A DNA stretch of 64,000 nt, from contig NIVC01000450.1 of NCBI GenBank assembly GCA_002269645.1, positions 62,001 to 126,000 on the forward strand. The letters run 5' to 3'. Every line of letters begins with the position of its first letter. The stretch's first letter is position 1. Shown in pieces: positions 1-12,466 of this stretch. The position numbers and the translations under genes were made by a program. The notes under the pieces were generated by a model that searched no databases, had not been told where the DNA came from, and saw only the letters and a program-made list of their open reading frames with translations. Origin of the DNA: Macrostomum lignano (Eukaryota).

Positions 1-479
1 ACATACATGCCCATTGCTCCATTCAGTTAATTCAGCATGCAGTTAATGGTTTAAGTATGTTATATAATGCGATTTTACAAAACTTTGGCTCTGTCTGCAG
101 AAAACTTGATTTACGATTTTTAAAAAAATCATTTAAAAGTCATGTACTACTGTATCAAGCAAATGCGCAAACACACTACTAAACTGCAGTTTGCTAAATA
201 AGTAGAACAGCTTGTGTGCGATGTAATAAAACGAACGCCACAGTTGAATAAAAAGCATGACTAAAAATACAAAGTACACCTAGAATGTTCATGCTCAAAT
301 AATATATTTTACTCACGGATGGATAATAGTAGTGCATGCTTGCTTTCATGTACATGTACATGTATTTTTTGGCTTTAATTTATAATTTACACGTTACTCG
401 TAACACAAAAGGTCAAGCACAAACTACCCAAAGTGCCTGACGAGTATACAAGCGACACTTAAGGCTGAGACCCCACAGA

Positions 480-1503
480 CATCTGACGGGTACCACTGAC
501 ATTTGAATCCAATGCCTAACAGGAACCACTGATATCTGACACCAAATGCCTAACAGGTACCACTGATATCTGACACCCAATGTCTGACAGGTACCACTGA
601 TATCTGACACCCAATGCCTGACAGGTACCACTGATATCTGACACCCAATGCCTGACAGGTACCACTGATATCTGACACCAAATGCCTGACAGGTACCACT
701 GATATCTGACACCCAATGCCTGACAGGTACCACTGATATCTGACACCCAATGCCTGACAGGTACCACTGATATCTGACACCCACTGTCTGACAGGTACCA
801 CTGATATCTGACACCCAATGCCTGACAGGTACCACTGATATCTGACACTAATGTCTGACAGGTACCACTGATATCTGACACCCAATGTCTGACAGGTACC
901 ACTGATATCTGACACCCAATGTCTGACAGGTACCACTGATATCTGACACCCAATGTCTGACAGGTACCACTGATATCTGACACCCAATGTCTGACAGGTA
1001 CCACTGATATCTGACACCCAATGTCTGACAGGTACCACTGAAATCTGACACTAATGTCTGACAGGTACCACTGAAATCTGACATCAATGTCTGACAGGTA
1101 CCACTGATATCTGACACTAATGTCTGACAGGTACCACTGATATCTGACACCCAATGTCTGACAGGTACCACTGATATCTGACACCCAATGTCTGACAGGT
1201 ACCACTGAAATCTGACATCAATGTCTGACAGGTACCACTGATATCTGACACTAATGTCTGACAGGTACCACTGATATCTGACACCCAATGTCTGACAGGT
1301 ACCACTGATATCTGACACCAATGTCTGACAGGTACCACTGATATCTGACACCAATGTCTGACAGGTACCACTGATATCTGACACCAATGTCTGACAGGTA
1401 CCACTGAAATCTGACACTAATGTCTGACAGGTACCACTGAAATCTGACATCAATGTCTGACAGGTACCACTGATATCTGACACCAATGTCTGACAGTACC
1501 ACT
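480..1503. repeat. 33-34 bp minisatellite (about 30 units), consensus CCAATGTCTGACAGGTACCACTGATATCTGACAC
   Basis: Head-to-tail near-identical units with no unique spacers; explains the overlapping repetitive ORFs at 413-1517. Confidence 0.97.
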
Positions 1504-2554
1504 AAGATTTGTTGCAAAAAATAAGCAAGGCATCAATCAAGCAAGTAAAAAAATATTTTTTGAAACATTTTTTTCAATCCAAAAAGTCAACCAGAACCAG
1601 TTCACGCTAAAGTTCGGTTTTAAGCAACCGTCAGCGCGAGAAGTTCGTACCAGCTGATTGGCTTCTCAAACTTTAAACCGGGCGTAACTGGGGTTTTTTT
1701 ATTATCCTCAAACTTGACTGTCAAAAAACAAAGAATGAGTTTATTTTATTTAATATGTTTATAGTGTTGTATAATTGATGTTCAACAGACTTCTTATAAA
1801 TAGACATTAAATACAATTAAATAGTTTAGCATTCGAAACCAGAAAGATGGTACCATTAGTTTTTGAGTCTTCTCAAGCCGCTTCATTGATTTATGATTTA
1901 TTAAAGTTTGACAATATATACCCGCTTATAATTGCGTGTGATAAACATGGGCATATGAATACATAATAACAATAAAGGACTGGGTGCGTTATAACAAATG
2001 CCAAAAGTTAGATTGGTTGCGAAAAAAATTGCTGCAATTGTTTTTTTTAATCAATTTTTATCTCTTCACTCCTAGACAAACAAAATTCGATAAAGGGGGA
2101 AAAATACAAGCCTAACATTTTTTGTTAAAACCTGTGCCTGTCTGTGAATGCTTCTGTACCTGCAGGGGACAAAAAGTGACAAAGGGAAACGCTGAGACAA
2201 TAAGAGAGTTACCGAAAAGGGCATTTTTTGAGATGGAAGAAGAAACAACAATACACACACAGCACAAGACAGACAAACTGATTTTTTATAATTAGAAGTA
2301 GGAAGCGATTGTGTATTAAAATACAGTGTCTCCAATCGAATTAATTATTAATTGAATTCAGCTTCCCCCCACACACAAACAAGGTTAGACATAATAAATA
2401 TTGGTCTCAAAACAAACACAAATAAATAAGTTGAGCTGAGCACAGAGCTCAGTCACCCATCAACCAGGCTGTTTAACACAATAACATTCATTAGCAGCTT
2501 ATAGTTTATTTAATTAAATTTCCCAAATCCCCAGAGCACGGAGTGGTGATAAGG

Positions 2555-5359
2555 TCACTGCTCCTTCTCGTCAGCCTCCTTGGCGCCCTCCTTATTCTCT
2601 TCAGCCATCTTGCCGATGTACTCGTCCAGGATGTCGCGCACGCTGGCCCAGGACTTCTCCGGCACGGTGACAGCCGTACGGAAGTTGGCGCGCACTTCAG
2701 ACAGGCGCAGGAACATGCCGCGCCTGTTGGCGCCAACGTCAAAGTAGAACATCTTGTTGTCTACGCGTAGCGACTTCGGGGCGGGTAGGCGCTCCACGCC
2801 CTCTGTGGGTTTGGGAGATTGGGAAAGAGAGGGGGGGCGTGAAATTCTTAGAAATGGGATGTTTATATTAAAGGGGACGAGTATCTTAGAAAAAAACAGA
2901 TGTTTCTTAGAAAATCTTGAAGATTTGATTCTTGGAAAATAGCAATGCGATTCTGGGAAAATAGCAATGCAATTCTTGGAAAATAGCAATGCGATTCTTG
3001 GAAAATAGCAATGCGATTCTTGGAAACTGGCAATGCGATTCTTGGAAACTGGCAATGCGATTCTTGGAAACTGGCAATGCGATTCTTGGAAACTGCCAAT
3101 GCGATTCTTGGAAACTGGCAATGCGATTCTTGGAAACTGGCAATGCGATTCTTGGAAACTGCCAATGCGATTCTTGGAAACTGGCAATGCGATTCTTGGA
3201 AACTGGCAATGCGATTCTTGGAAACTGCCAATGCGATTCTTGGAAACTGGCAATGCGATTCTTGAAAACTGGCAATGCGATTCTTGAAAACTGCCAATGC
3301 GATTCTTGGAAACTGGCAATGTGATTCTTGGAAACTGGCAATGCGATTCTTGGAAACTGGCAATGCGATTCTTGGAAACTGGCAATGCGATTCTTGGAAA
3401 ACAGCAATGTGATTCTTGGAAACTGCCAATGCGATTCTTGGAAACTGCCAATGCGATTCTTGGAAAACAGCAATGTGGTTCTTGGAAACTGCCAATGCGA
3501 TTCTTGGAAACTGGCAATGCGATTTTTGGAAACTGCCAATGCGATTCTTGGAAACTGCCAATGCGATTCTTGGAAAACAGCAATGTGGTTCTTGGAAACT
3601 GCCAATGCGATTCTTGGAAACTGGCAATGCGATTCTTGGAAACTGCCAATGCGATTCTTGGAAAACAGCAATGCGATTCTTGGAAACTGCCAATGCGATT
3701 CTTGGAAACTGCCAATGCGATTCTTGGAAAACAGCAATGTGATTCTTGGAAAATGTCAAAGCGATTCTTGAAAATCGTCAATGTGATTCTTAAAAAATGG
3801 TAATGTAATTCTTGGAAAACGACAATGCGATTCTTGGAAAATGGCAATGTGATTGTTGGAGACTGGCAATGTGATTCTTGGAAATTAGCAACGTAACAAT
3901 TGTTAAATAACAAAATGCACGATACGTATTAATTTTTAAAAAAGGTGAAGACACAATATTTTTAAGAAAACAAAAAATCCTTTAAATGGCCTTCAAATGA
4001 TAACTATTTCTAAAATTAATTAGTATATCAAATCAGGCTTAAGGCCAAAAAAAAACTTTCAGTGAACAACTTGATGTATACACAGTCTCGAGAATTTTCA
4101 GCTTACTACTCATAATACAATAGAAACTTTTCTTTCAAATATTTTCTTAAATTGAGCGCTAAACCGAAATTTAACCATCTTTTTAGTCTAAGGTTTGCCA
4201 GACTTTAATGAAGTGCAAATTTTCGGTTTAGCAGATTTCCCTCCCTCCCTCACCAGCCATATCATCGGTGCCGCACTCCTCCATGAGCTCCACCAGACGG
4301 TCTCGCATGTCCTCGAGGCCCTGTACAGGCACAGCAATCTGGTTGCGCATCCCAGACGGCGACACCTGCTGAGCGATGCGCAGAAATTTGCCGCGCTGAT
4401 TCTCTTTCAGGTCGAGAAAGTAGCGCCGGTTCTCACGGACGATGGTCTCCGATCGAAATTTGAAAGCATGCTGATCGCCTCCATCAGTGGCGCCAGAATC
4501 CGTCTGCTTGTGATATTTGATCAGCTCGTCCAGCTTCTCCCGAAACTCCGTTGTAGTGCTCATGCCCATCAGGATCCGGCTCTTCTGCCCGCTGGCCCCA
4601 ACTTCGGCTATTTTCAGAAATCGGCCCCTACGATTCTGCTTCACGTCCAGATAGAACCGCTTGGCTTGCATCTGCGGCGGCGGGTTATTAAGGTAGCAGG
4701 TGCGAGATTAGAGGTTAAAATTGGGATATCTATTCTTCCTGATACTGAAATCCCGGAATCTGTTTTCTAAAATCCCCATTCCAATTGTAATCCCGATCCC
4801 AATTGCAATCCTGATTCTAAATGTAATCCCGATCCCAATGGTAATCCCGATCCCAAATGTAATACCGATCCCAAATGTAATCCCGATCCCAAATGTAATC
4901 CCCATCCCAAATGTAATCTCGATCCCAAATGTAATCCCCATCCCAAATGTAACCCCGATCCCAAATGTAATCTCCATCCCAAATGTAATCCCGACTCCAG
5001 TTTTAATCCCCAACGTAAGTGTAATCCTGATCCCAATCCAGATCACTAAAACCCCGATTCCAATCTCAAAACTGTCAGGTTCCGATCCCAACTCTATATA
5101 ATATCTGCTAAATATGAGTCATCTGTAAACGAGGAGTCTGACAGGTTTTTTCAATTTTAATAAAACTTCAATAACGTCAAGCTGCAGATCAAGATGAGAA
5201 CCCTGAATTACTATGATCGGGAAGGTACACTCTGTTAGGGCAATACTAATAGATATTAAAAAACATTAATAACTCATTTACCTGCACATTCCTAGAAGCA
5301 ATCTCTTTCTCGGCATTGACCGAGTCGCCATCTCTGGCATCTCTGCCGCTGTTGTACAT
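2555..5359 (-). CDS. PURA: Pur-alpha/PUR-family ssDNA/RNA-binding protein, 247 aa; exons 5359-5282, 4671-4254, 2802-2555
   Basis: Spliced product MYNSGRD...[10 protein letters not shown]|[25 protein letters not shown]...[23 protein letters not shown]...|...[27 protein letters not shown] contains three PUR repeats. Both introns are GT-AG with matching phases (0, 1); 744 nt in frame to TGA at 2557-2555. Confidence 0.95.
2925..3890. repeat. 22-bp minisatellite (GCAATGCGATTCTTGGAAACTG) in Pur-alpha intron 2
   Basis: Tandem units visible directly; source of the repetitive ORFs at 2863-3913. Confidence 0.97.
4770..5090. repeat. 18-bp minisatellite (GATCCCAAATGTAATCCC) in Pur-alpha intron 1
   Basis: Tandem units; translate as (IPIPNV)n, an artefact ORF. 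Confidence 0.93.
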
Positions 5360-6078
5360 GTTCAATAGCCGATTGTAATTCAAATAGTAAGTAGAGCTCT
5401 CCTTTCGCTCGCAAGCAGGCAAACTAATCAATCAATCAGCCAACTGTTTAGCAACGAAACCGACCAGCCCTGTGAAATAGGTTTACACAAAAATATTAAA
5501 TATAAACTCAAATTAATGTTACCAGTAACCTTGCAAAGATGCACTTTTAACATAGTTGACAGAGGAATCTTTATAGATATGATACATTAGACTTAAGTTT
5601 TCCATATAGAATCAAGTGTAAATTAATATTAAAAAATACACATTCATGAATGATAAAAATATTTTATACATTACTACTGTACATTACTTCCTTTAAATTT
5701 TTATAAAAAAATATAGCAGGAAACTAAAATAAAGAACAGCAAAAAAATAAACTCATCATTTTGGTAAAAGAAAAAAAAATAGTTAAACTTGCTTAATTTT
5801 AAATGATGACATTTAACTATTGTATTGAAGTAGCACTAATATTCTACTCATTTTTTCAGAAACTAAATTTGTGCAAGACACCTAATTAAGTTTTCTTTTG
5901 TTTTACTGTACAAATAAATAACCTAATTATTTTTTGTTATAAATATCAATGGAGTATTTCACAGATGCTTTGGCAGTAGTCTTCATTGATCAAGTTGAGA
6001 ATGTGATCTACTAGGCCACTGCTGTCATGGATCTTATGGTGTCCTTACCTTGGCATGTTGCTTAACATTGCAGTTTAT

Positions 6079-6180
6079 GTCATTTTAAAGAAGAAACTTG
6101 CCACTTTCAAACAATACCAAACTTGTGTCAATGCAACCTACCAAACGTCTGCTATAAGTGAAAGTAACACTATTTTCTAG
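6079..6180 (+). repeat. about 100-bp dispersed repeat, copy 1 (copy 2 at 46219-46320)
   Basis: GTCATTTTAAAGAAGAAACTTGCCACTTTCAAACAA...AAGTAACACTATTTTCT occurs at both sites with only a few substitutions. Confidence 0.9.
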
Positions 6181-8217
6181 GCACCCCTCATAAGAATTGT
6201 TCAAGAGGCTTTACTAAGAGTTGGAATTGAAAGCCTATGCAAAGAGATAGCGCTGTGACCCTCTAAACTATATCCAAGGAATGGTAGGATATATTTATTG
6301 AAGTTTTTAAGGTAAGAGTTCAAGAAAAAGCTGGAAAAACCCTCTAGAAATGTATTGGTTATAATTTTAATTATAAAATTTGTAGTGTTTTTGCACTACA
6401 AAGGTAGGCCAATTTGTTAGCAGACTCAAGTTGGTATTGCCATTTTCTTTGAAGGCAGTTGTTATTTATTTTAGTTTTACTGTCCTGATGATTAGAGTAA
6501 AACATATATAGGTAAAGCATATGATACCTGCATATAAGGATAATAACACTAGTAGAAAATCTGTGCTATCAATGAATACATTTGGATACAAAGCTTGTCA
6601 TGACATAGAGCCAATAATATTATACAGAAAGGTTAGATAGGTTGATCAAAATTTTAGAATACTTCAGGCTATGTACATTTGTATCTATAAGCTCTATATA
6701 TTAAGAAATTGAATCCTAATTTAAATATATAACTTATATACAGTAGCGTGGGCATTTTTTAGGGCTGTTCTAAAGACTGCACTCTATTTGGATCTTAGAA
6801 TAGACTCTGTCTCCAATTTGCTCATTAGCCCCTAGCTCATTTTGCTCTAAACTGTACATTGACATTTCAACCCATTTAGCTAGCTATTCATCAGGTCCAC
6901 TTTTTAACAATTGTCTATTTAATTTTATATATAGTTTCATTTGCAAAAAATTAATTTGGTACATCCAAATGACCTATATCAATTGAAACATGTTGAAAAC
7001 AGAAAAAATATCTACAATATCAAAAATGTTTTTTTGTTTGGAAAAGCTAGTTTTTACGAAATGTGTTGCATATATTAATATTTGTATTGGCATTTTAAAT
7101 CTTTCTATTTATTAAAACAACAACTCTATCTACAGTTCTTCTATAACCAAATTTTTCTTATATCTATATCCATAGCCATATCTCAAAATTTTTCCTGTAG
7201 CCTATGTCTATATACATATCTATAGCTAATAAACTTTCCATAACTGTTATACAATGCCAAGGCCTGGACCCTGATAGATACCTTAGAGAAATAGCTGAAT
7301 ACTACACATGTAGCCATGATATGTACAGAATTTGGAGTATGCAACAGTCTAGTGGCATCAAAACTCTCTGTTGCTTAAGTCTTCAAATCTTTGCAAGGAC
7401 TTAAAGCTCTTTGAAAGTGATAAAATGTTAATCTGAACTTTAGCCTTAACCACCCAATCACAATGCGGACATGGCATTAAAAATCTATGTTGATGCTTAA
7501 GTCCTAAATTCCAGGGACTTGAGGATTCTCCTCACTTTAAAACTAGCAACATTCATTTATTCCTATAATCCTACACCCATTAAATCAATAGCTCTAATGG
7601 TCTTAAGTCCCAGTTGAGTGGTATTATTAGATATAGGAATATAGGAGATATAGGAACCATATCAGTACTCATATACTTTGCCAAAAAACCTCCATATCTG
7701 TAACTTCCTATGGCTAAATAGGCTTCCTATAGGCTTTTAAAAACAAATTAATCATACCAAAGTTTATATTTGTAGGCCTAGCAGGCTATCAACAAATTTA
7801 ATTGTAGAAACTAAGACCTTAGAGATAAGGAATTCAATAAAGGTATTATGACATGCCAATCTATAGTTTGGAAGGCAACATATATGCTTAGATTTCCTGG
7901 CATATAACAAGGCTACTTGCTATTTTTAGTATATATCAGTATACATCCTAGCATATATAATGTCAGTAGAAACACTGATGAGTGGCACATTTTTTAGTCT
8001 CATGCCTTGGCATATAAATGAGGTCCTGTACTTGTATCCCTCACTGGAGCTGGCATATACTAATACATAATCCAAACTATGGATGCTCCATAGTCAAAAT
8101 CATGACTTGCCTGTGCTAGAATAAATCCTATCAAAAAGTTTGCTTCTGCTATGTGTTAAAACTTTTTTGAAAGAAACACAAAAATCAATATTTTTACTAG
8201 CCATACAAAAAAACTAG

Positions 8218-8985
8218 ATGGGCCACTCAGCACACACTCAGTCTTGCATCATCTTGCAGGAGGGTCTTCCATACATCTTACTAGAATTGGACGGCAGCTA
8301 CAAGAAGGGCACAGCGAACCATTGCCATATACCACAACATCAAGCAGCCAATAGATTGAAGCTGAGAACAATAGTGAAGGAGCATGCTCACCGTAAAATC
8401 TTCACCTCGGCTACGCAGATTGCCAAGGACAAATTGTTGCAAACTGCTACAACATCTTGTTCCCCTGGCTCGACCCCACATCTTTGTTGTTGACTTTGAG
8501 GCTGCCATGTGGAGAGCGGTGCATAGGTCTTCCTAGAGTCTTCTTTTTGTGGCTGCGCATTCCATTATACCTAGACTGTGTGGCGGCATATTCAGGCCAT
8601 TGGACTCCAATAGGCATATGTAAATGATATGGGTACACAGAGCTTGTCGTAAGCTCATGGGTTTGCCATTCCTGCCTGATGGACACATCGTACAAGCATT
8701 CTATGAGCTGCGTGCAAGTGTAGATTCGGAGCGACTGCAGCAATTATATGACTATGTGCAGTCAACTTGGATCTGAAGCAGCATCTGGACCACTGTGGAG
8801 CTATCGGTCTATCGTCATACAATATGCACTAACAACAATACAGAGGGCTGGCACCGCAAGCTGAACCACTGAGCACAGGCTATATTCCTACATTAATTGT
8901 CACCAAATTTGCTTTTGCCAAATTAGTCCATTGTGAATCTTTGTCACCAAATTTGTTTGTCACCGAACTGGTCAGCACCTGATTG
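8218..8985 (+). mobile_element. Degenerate Mutator-like (MULE) transposase relic
   Basis: Translation across frameshifts and stops: FVVDFEAAMWRAV..VFLES..GCAFHYT*TVWRHIQAIGLQ*AY...RKLMGLPFLP...YDYVQSTWI...TNNNTEGWHRKLNH. These match the MULE DFExA, GCxFHxxQ and RTNNxxEGWH motifs. Repeated TGTCACC(A/G)AA motifs at 8897-8970 look subterminal. Confidence 0.88.
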
Positions 8986-9095
8986 AAATGACCAACCAAA
9001 TCATTCTTTCATCAAAATGACAAGTTTAGAAAACTATAACACTAACAAAAATTTCTTTTTAAAATTGGCTAAAATAATATTTGGCTTTTAATAAG

Positions 9096-12000
9096 GGTAC
9101 CCAGTAAAATGCGGAATCCGCAACAGAATCGGAATGGAATAGTACGGTAAAACGCGGAATCCGCAGGGGAATGGTAAACTGCGGAACGAAGTGCGGATTC
9201 CGCATATTAAAGTAAAACGCGGAATGCGAAATGAAAAAAGTAAAATGCGGAATGAAAACTAACTGAATTATACTTTTATTCATCACCTTTAAAAAAACAT
9301 CTGAAATTTATGTACATTTTTGCTGAACAAATTGTTTTTCATTGTCACTATGACACTCAAATCAAATCTGTTGATCTTCCCTTAGCAAAATCCTCAGCAG
9401 AATGGTTAAGATACAGTAATTTTCGGAATGAAGATAGAGCTTTGGCAACTTATTTAAGGTAAATTCATACTCTGGAAGCGAAAGTGCATACTACGTACAA
9501 TTTTTATATTTAATGTATTTCAAAAGTGCCCGCTGACATGTGGCGAGAAGTCATCCTACATCCTATTGCTGTCAAAAAAATCGTAGCATTAAATGTGCAT
9601 TTCTAAAAAAAAAATTATATCCAAAACTTTAGGACAAGATAGATTTTAGCAAAGCTAAAATTACAATTTGCAAGACGCTTTTACGTTTTTAGTGTCAAGA
9701 AAGGCAATAAATAGTACAAGGAAGCATGGAAAGTCAGATCAGTCAGATCAGTATGGAAGGTCAGTACCCTCTGGGAAAATCGCCGGCAAATCGCAAGCGA
9801 ATTGTCAGCGAGACAGCGAAGTAGTGGCAACATTTTTTTTTCTTCATTTCCCATATAGAACGTTTCAAAAAGCTGTGTTTGTCTGGAACTTTTCTTCCTG
9901 CAACATAAAACATAGTTTTTCCACCTCGGTCGCATTGGCGAATCGTCAGCGGAACATTAGCGAAGTTTCGCCAGCAACTTTTTGCCAGCGACGGGACAGC
10001 GAATCGCTAACGAATAAGTGCTTGATTATTTATTATTGGGGCTCTATTTTGCTAGTAAATATAAGAAAATGTATAAAATTATTTGATTTCTCACTTGCAT
10101 AACAATCCCTTCATTCTATTCTATCGAATTAACCACTGCTTGGGGGTATGAATCAGATAATGAATCAGACTTCTCTAGGCAATAGAAAGTTAGGTATAAC
10201 GAGTGGATCGAACTCCTCCACTGGAGGACAAACCCAAGAAATTCGACTCCCCGAATTTTAATGTTGATGCAGTGTTTGAATCGCGAAGTCAAGTCATAGT
10301 ATGGAAATTATCAATCTGGGCATACATTTATATTTATAGTTGCACATTGGGTTCCGGAGTAACTATTACAAAAAATGGGCATTGTTTTTATCGCAACCTT
10401 TTTGTTAACTTTATTGATCTATGCCTGCAAATAGTGCTTACTTCTAAGGACACAAATCAATTGGCCGATCTTTTTGCCTTGTTTAAATACTTATTTTTCA
10501 ACAATGGCCAACAGGAGCCATTCAAATGTGTTTGCGCTCATTCCGTCGTAACTAGACAAAATCTATATAATGGGACGCTTAAAATGTTTTCTTTATTGAT
10601 ACAATACCATTTGAAGCTGTCTAGCTTTACTGTAGCTAGCTACACCATTTTTGTTAGCTAGCTGTGGATGTCTAGCTTTACAGGATCTAATTAAGCAGAC
10701 GAGCCTCTTTTTCCAATTACAGTGTAGCACTGAATTAAATATACCTATGCTAACCTGTGCTAAATTTACTGTCCATTCCATTTAAATTGTCAAAAAGGAT
10801 CTAGTCTATAAACGTGGGTTGGTCGCTTTCTAGTTTCTTTTAGTTGGACCCTTGTCAGCAGCCTCCTAACTCGTGCACCAATCAAATTTGCAATGCGCTT
10901 TTTTATTAGTTATTTAGTTTGTTGTCGACGTTTAACTAGTAATTACAGACTGCAGTCTTTTAGAGTTGGGTGAGGGAACTGAAATTGAAGCCAAGCTGAT
11001 TATGCTTGTGACTGATTAAAGCCTATGGCTGCTGTTCAACTGCTGGGCTGTTGTTTTGGGTCATAGTCACATAGAGGCTCTACCCGCACACCCGTAAAGC
11101 GGGTTGTTGTCACCTGTAAACCCTTTTCGGAACTTAATCTCGTGGGCTTTGTCCACAGAAAAGTTAATGCATAAATTCAATCAAACAGTACATTTAGAAA
11201 ATTAGCTGTTAATAGTTGGTCGCATCAAAAAGGATGTCCAGGAAAGGGTTTTGCTTGTATGTTAGGTTCCTTTGTAGCACATTTTGGCACTTGGAAATCA
11301 AGCCAGGTCCATGCATAAGCACTTTTTAATATCATGATATATTGTGATAAACTGGCGCGGAAGCCTAGCGCAAGTGAGCATCATGGTAACACTTCCGAAT
11401 GCATTTGCAAGATAGGCAAATGGAATATTTAAACATTTCTTACAAATAAATTTATTTCTGTATTTTTAGCGTATACTTATTTCCGAAAACTGCACAATAT
11501 GTTGTTAATATACATTCCGATGATAGAAACTTTATTTGACACTACAAAAAATCAGCATCTAAATAAATTAAGCTATATATACATGTAGCCCATAATCAGG
11601 AAGGTGTCCAGTGTACGCCAGAATGAAAATTAAGAAAAAATGTTGTGTACGCCAAAATTGAAAAGCCCTAAAAAGCGCTTTTTGACGTACGCCAAAATTG
11701 AATAGCCCAAAAAAGCGTACGCCAAACTTGAGGACCCAAAAAAACTGCAAATGCGCGAAATTTGCAACTTAAATCTTAACTTACCTGTATGTCATCTGTT
11801 GTAACGTGAAGAAATCTAAAATACTAAAGTAATTATTGTACAGAATTAGTTAATAAGTTAAAATAAATAACTGACTTACAGAAAACTTTAGTAAAGTTTT
11901 GTTAACAATAAATTAGATTCAAAATTTACGTAATTTCAGCGTTTTAAAGATAAAAATAGATTTAGGCCTACCATTTCACTAAAATTGAACGATATACAAT

Positions 12001-12466
12001 ACTTTGTCGAAGTAATTGGGTTGTTTGCAGGTTTTTTAAACGTTTGTTCTTATGCCAATCACATGCAAATATTGTAGGCCGATTTTTGGACAGATTTTTG
12101 CATGCGAAAACTGTGTTGTGTACGCCAAGAACTCTGTACGCCATTTTTCGGACTGCGTGTACGCGAAACTGTACGCCATTTTTTTGGGGGGGGGGCTGAT
12201 GTACGCCGGAAAATTCCGGCATACAGACACCTTCCTGACTATGGCATGTAGCTAGATAGTTATTTGTAGTCTTTAGTACATGTTGATGTTGATGAATAAA
12301 AGTATAATTCAGTTAGTTTTCATTCCGCATTTTACTTTTTTCATTTTCGCATTCCGCGTTTTAATCCACACTTCATTCTGCAGTTTACCATTCCGCTGCG
12401 GATTCCGCATTTTACCATACTATTCCATTCCGATTCCGTTGCGGATTCCGCATTTTACCGGGTACC
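9096..12466. mobile_element. Non-autonomous TIR DNA transposon, 3371 bp, Mutator-like (TIRs about 180-190 bp, 9-bp TSD)
   Basis: 9096-9285 and 12290-12466 are reverse complements (GGTACCCAGTAAAATGCGGAATCCGC... / ...GCGGATTCCGCATTTTACCGGGTACC). Exact direct repeat TTTAATAAG at 9087-9095 and 12467-12475. No transposase ORF inside. Confidence 0.88.
11590..12244. mobile_element. 655-bp MITE nested in the 3.37-kb element, 8-bp TSD
   Basis: TIRs CCATAATCAGGAAGGTGTC / GACACCTTCCTGACTATGG (18 of 19 complementary); TSD CATGTAGC at 11582-11589 and 12245-12252; subterminal GTACGCC motifs near both ends. Confidence 0.88.

Noticed and set aside
480-1503. 33-34 bp repeats of CRISPR-like length with internal palindromes (GGTACC, GATATC)
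   Set aside because: Units are contiguous with no unique spacers, no cas genes, and the context is eukaryotic.
4195-4770. Plus-strand ORFs opposite Pur-alpha, the LINE, PHTF and Nrx-IV exons
   Set aside because: Antisense shadows of GC-rich coding sequence with no protein features of their own.
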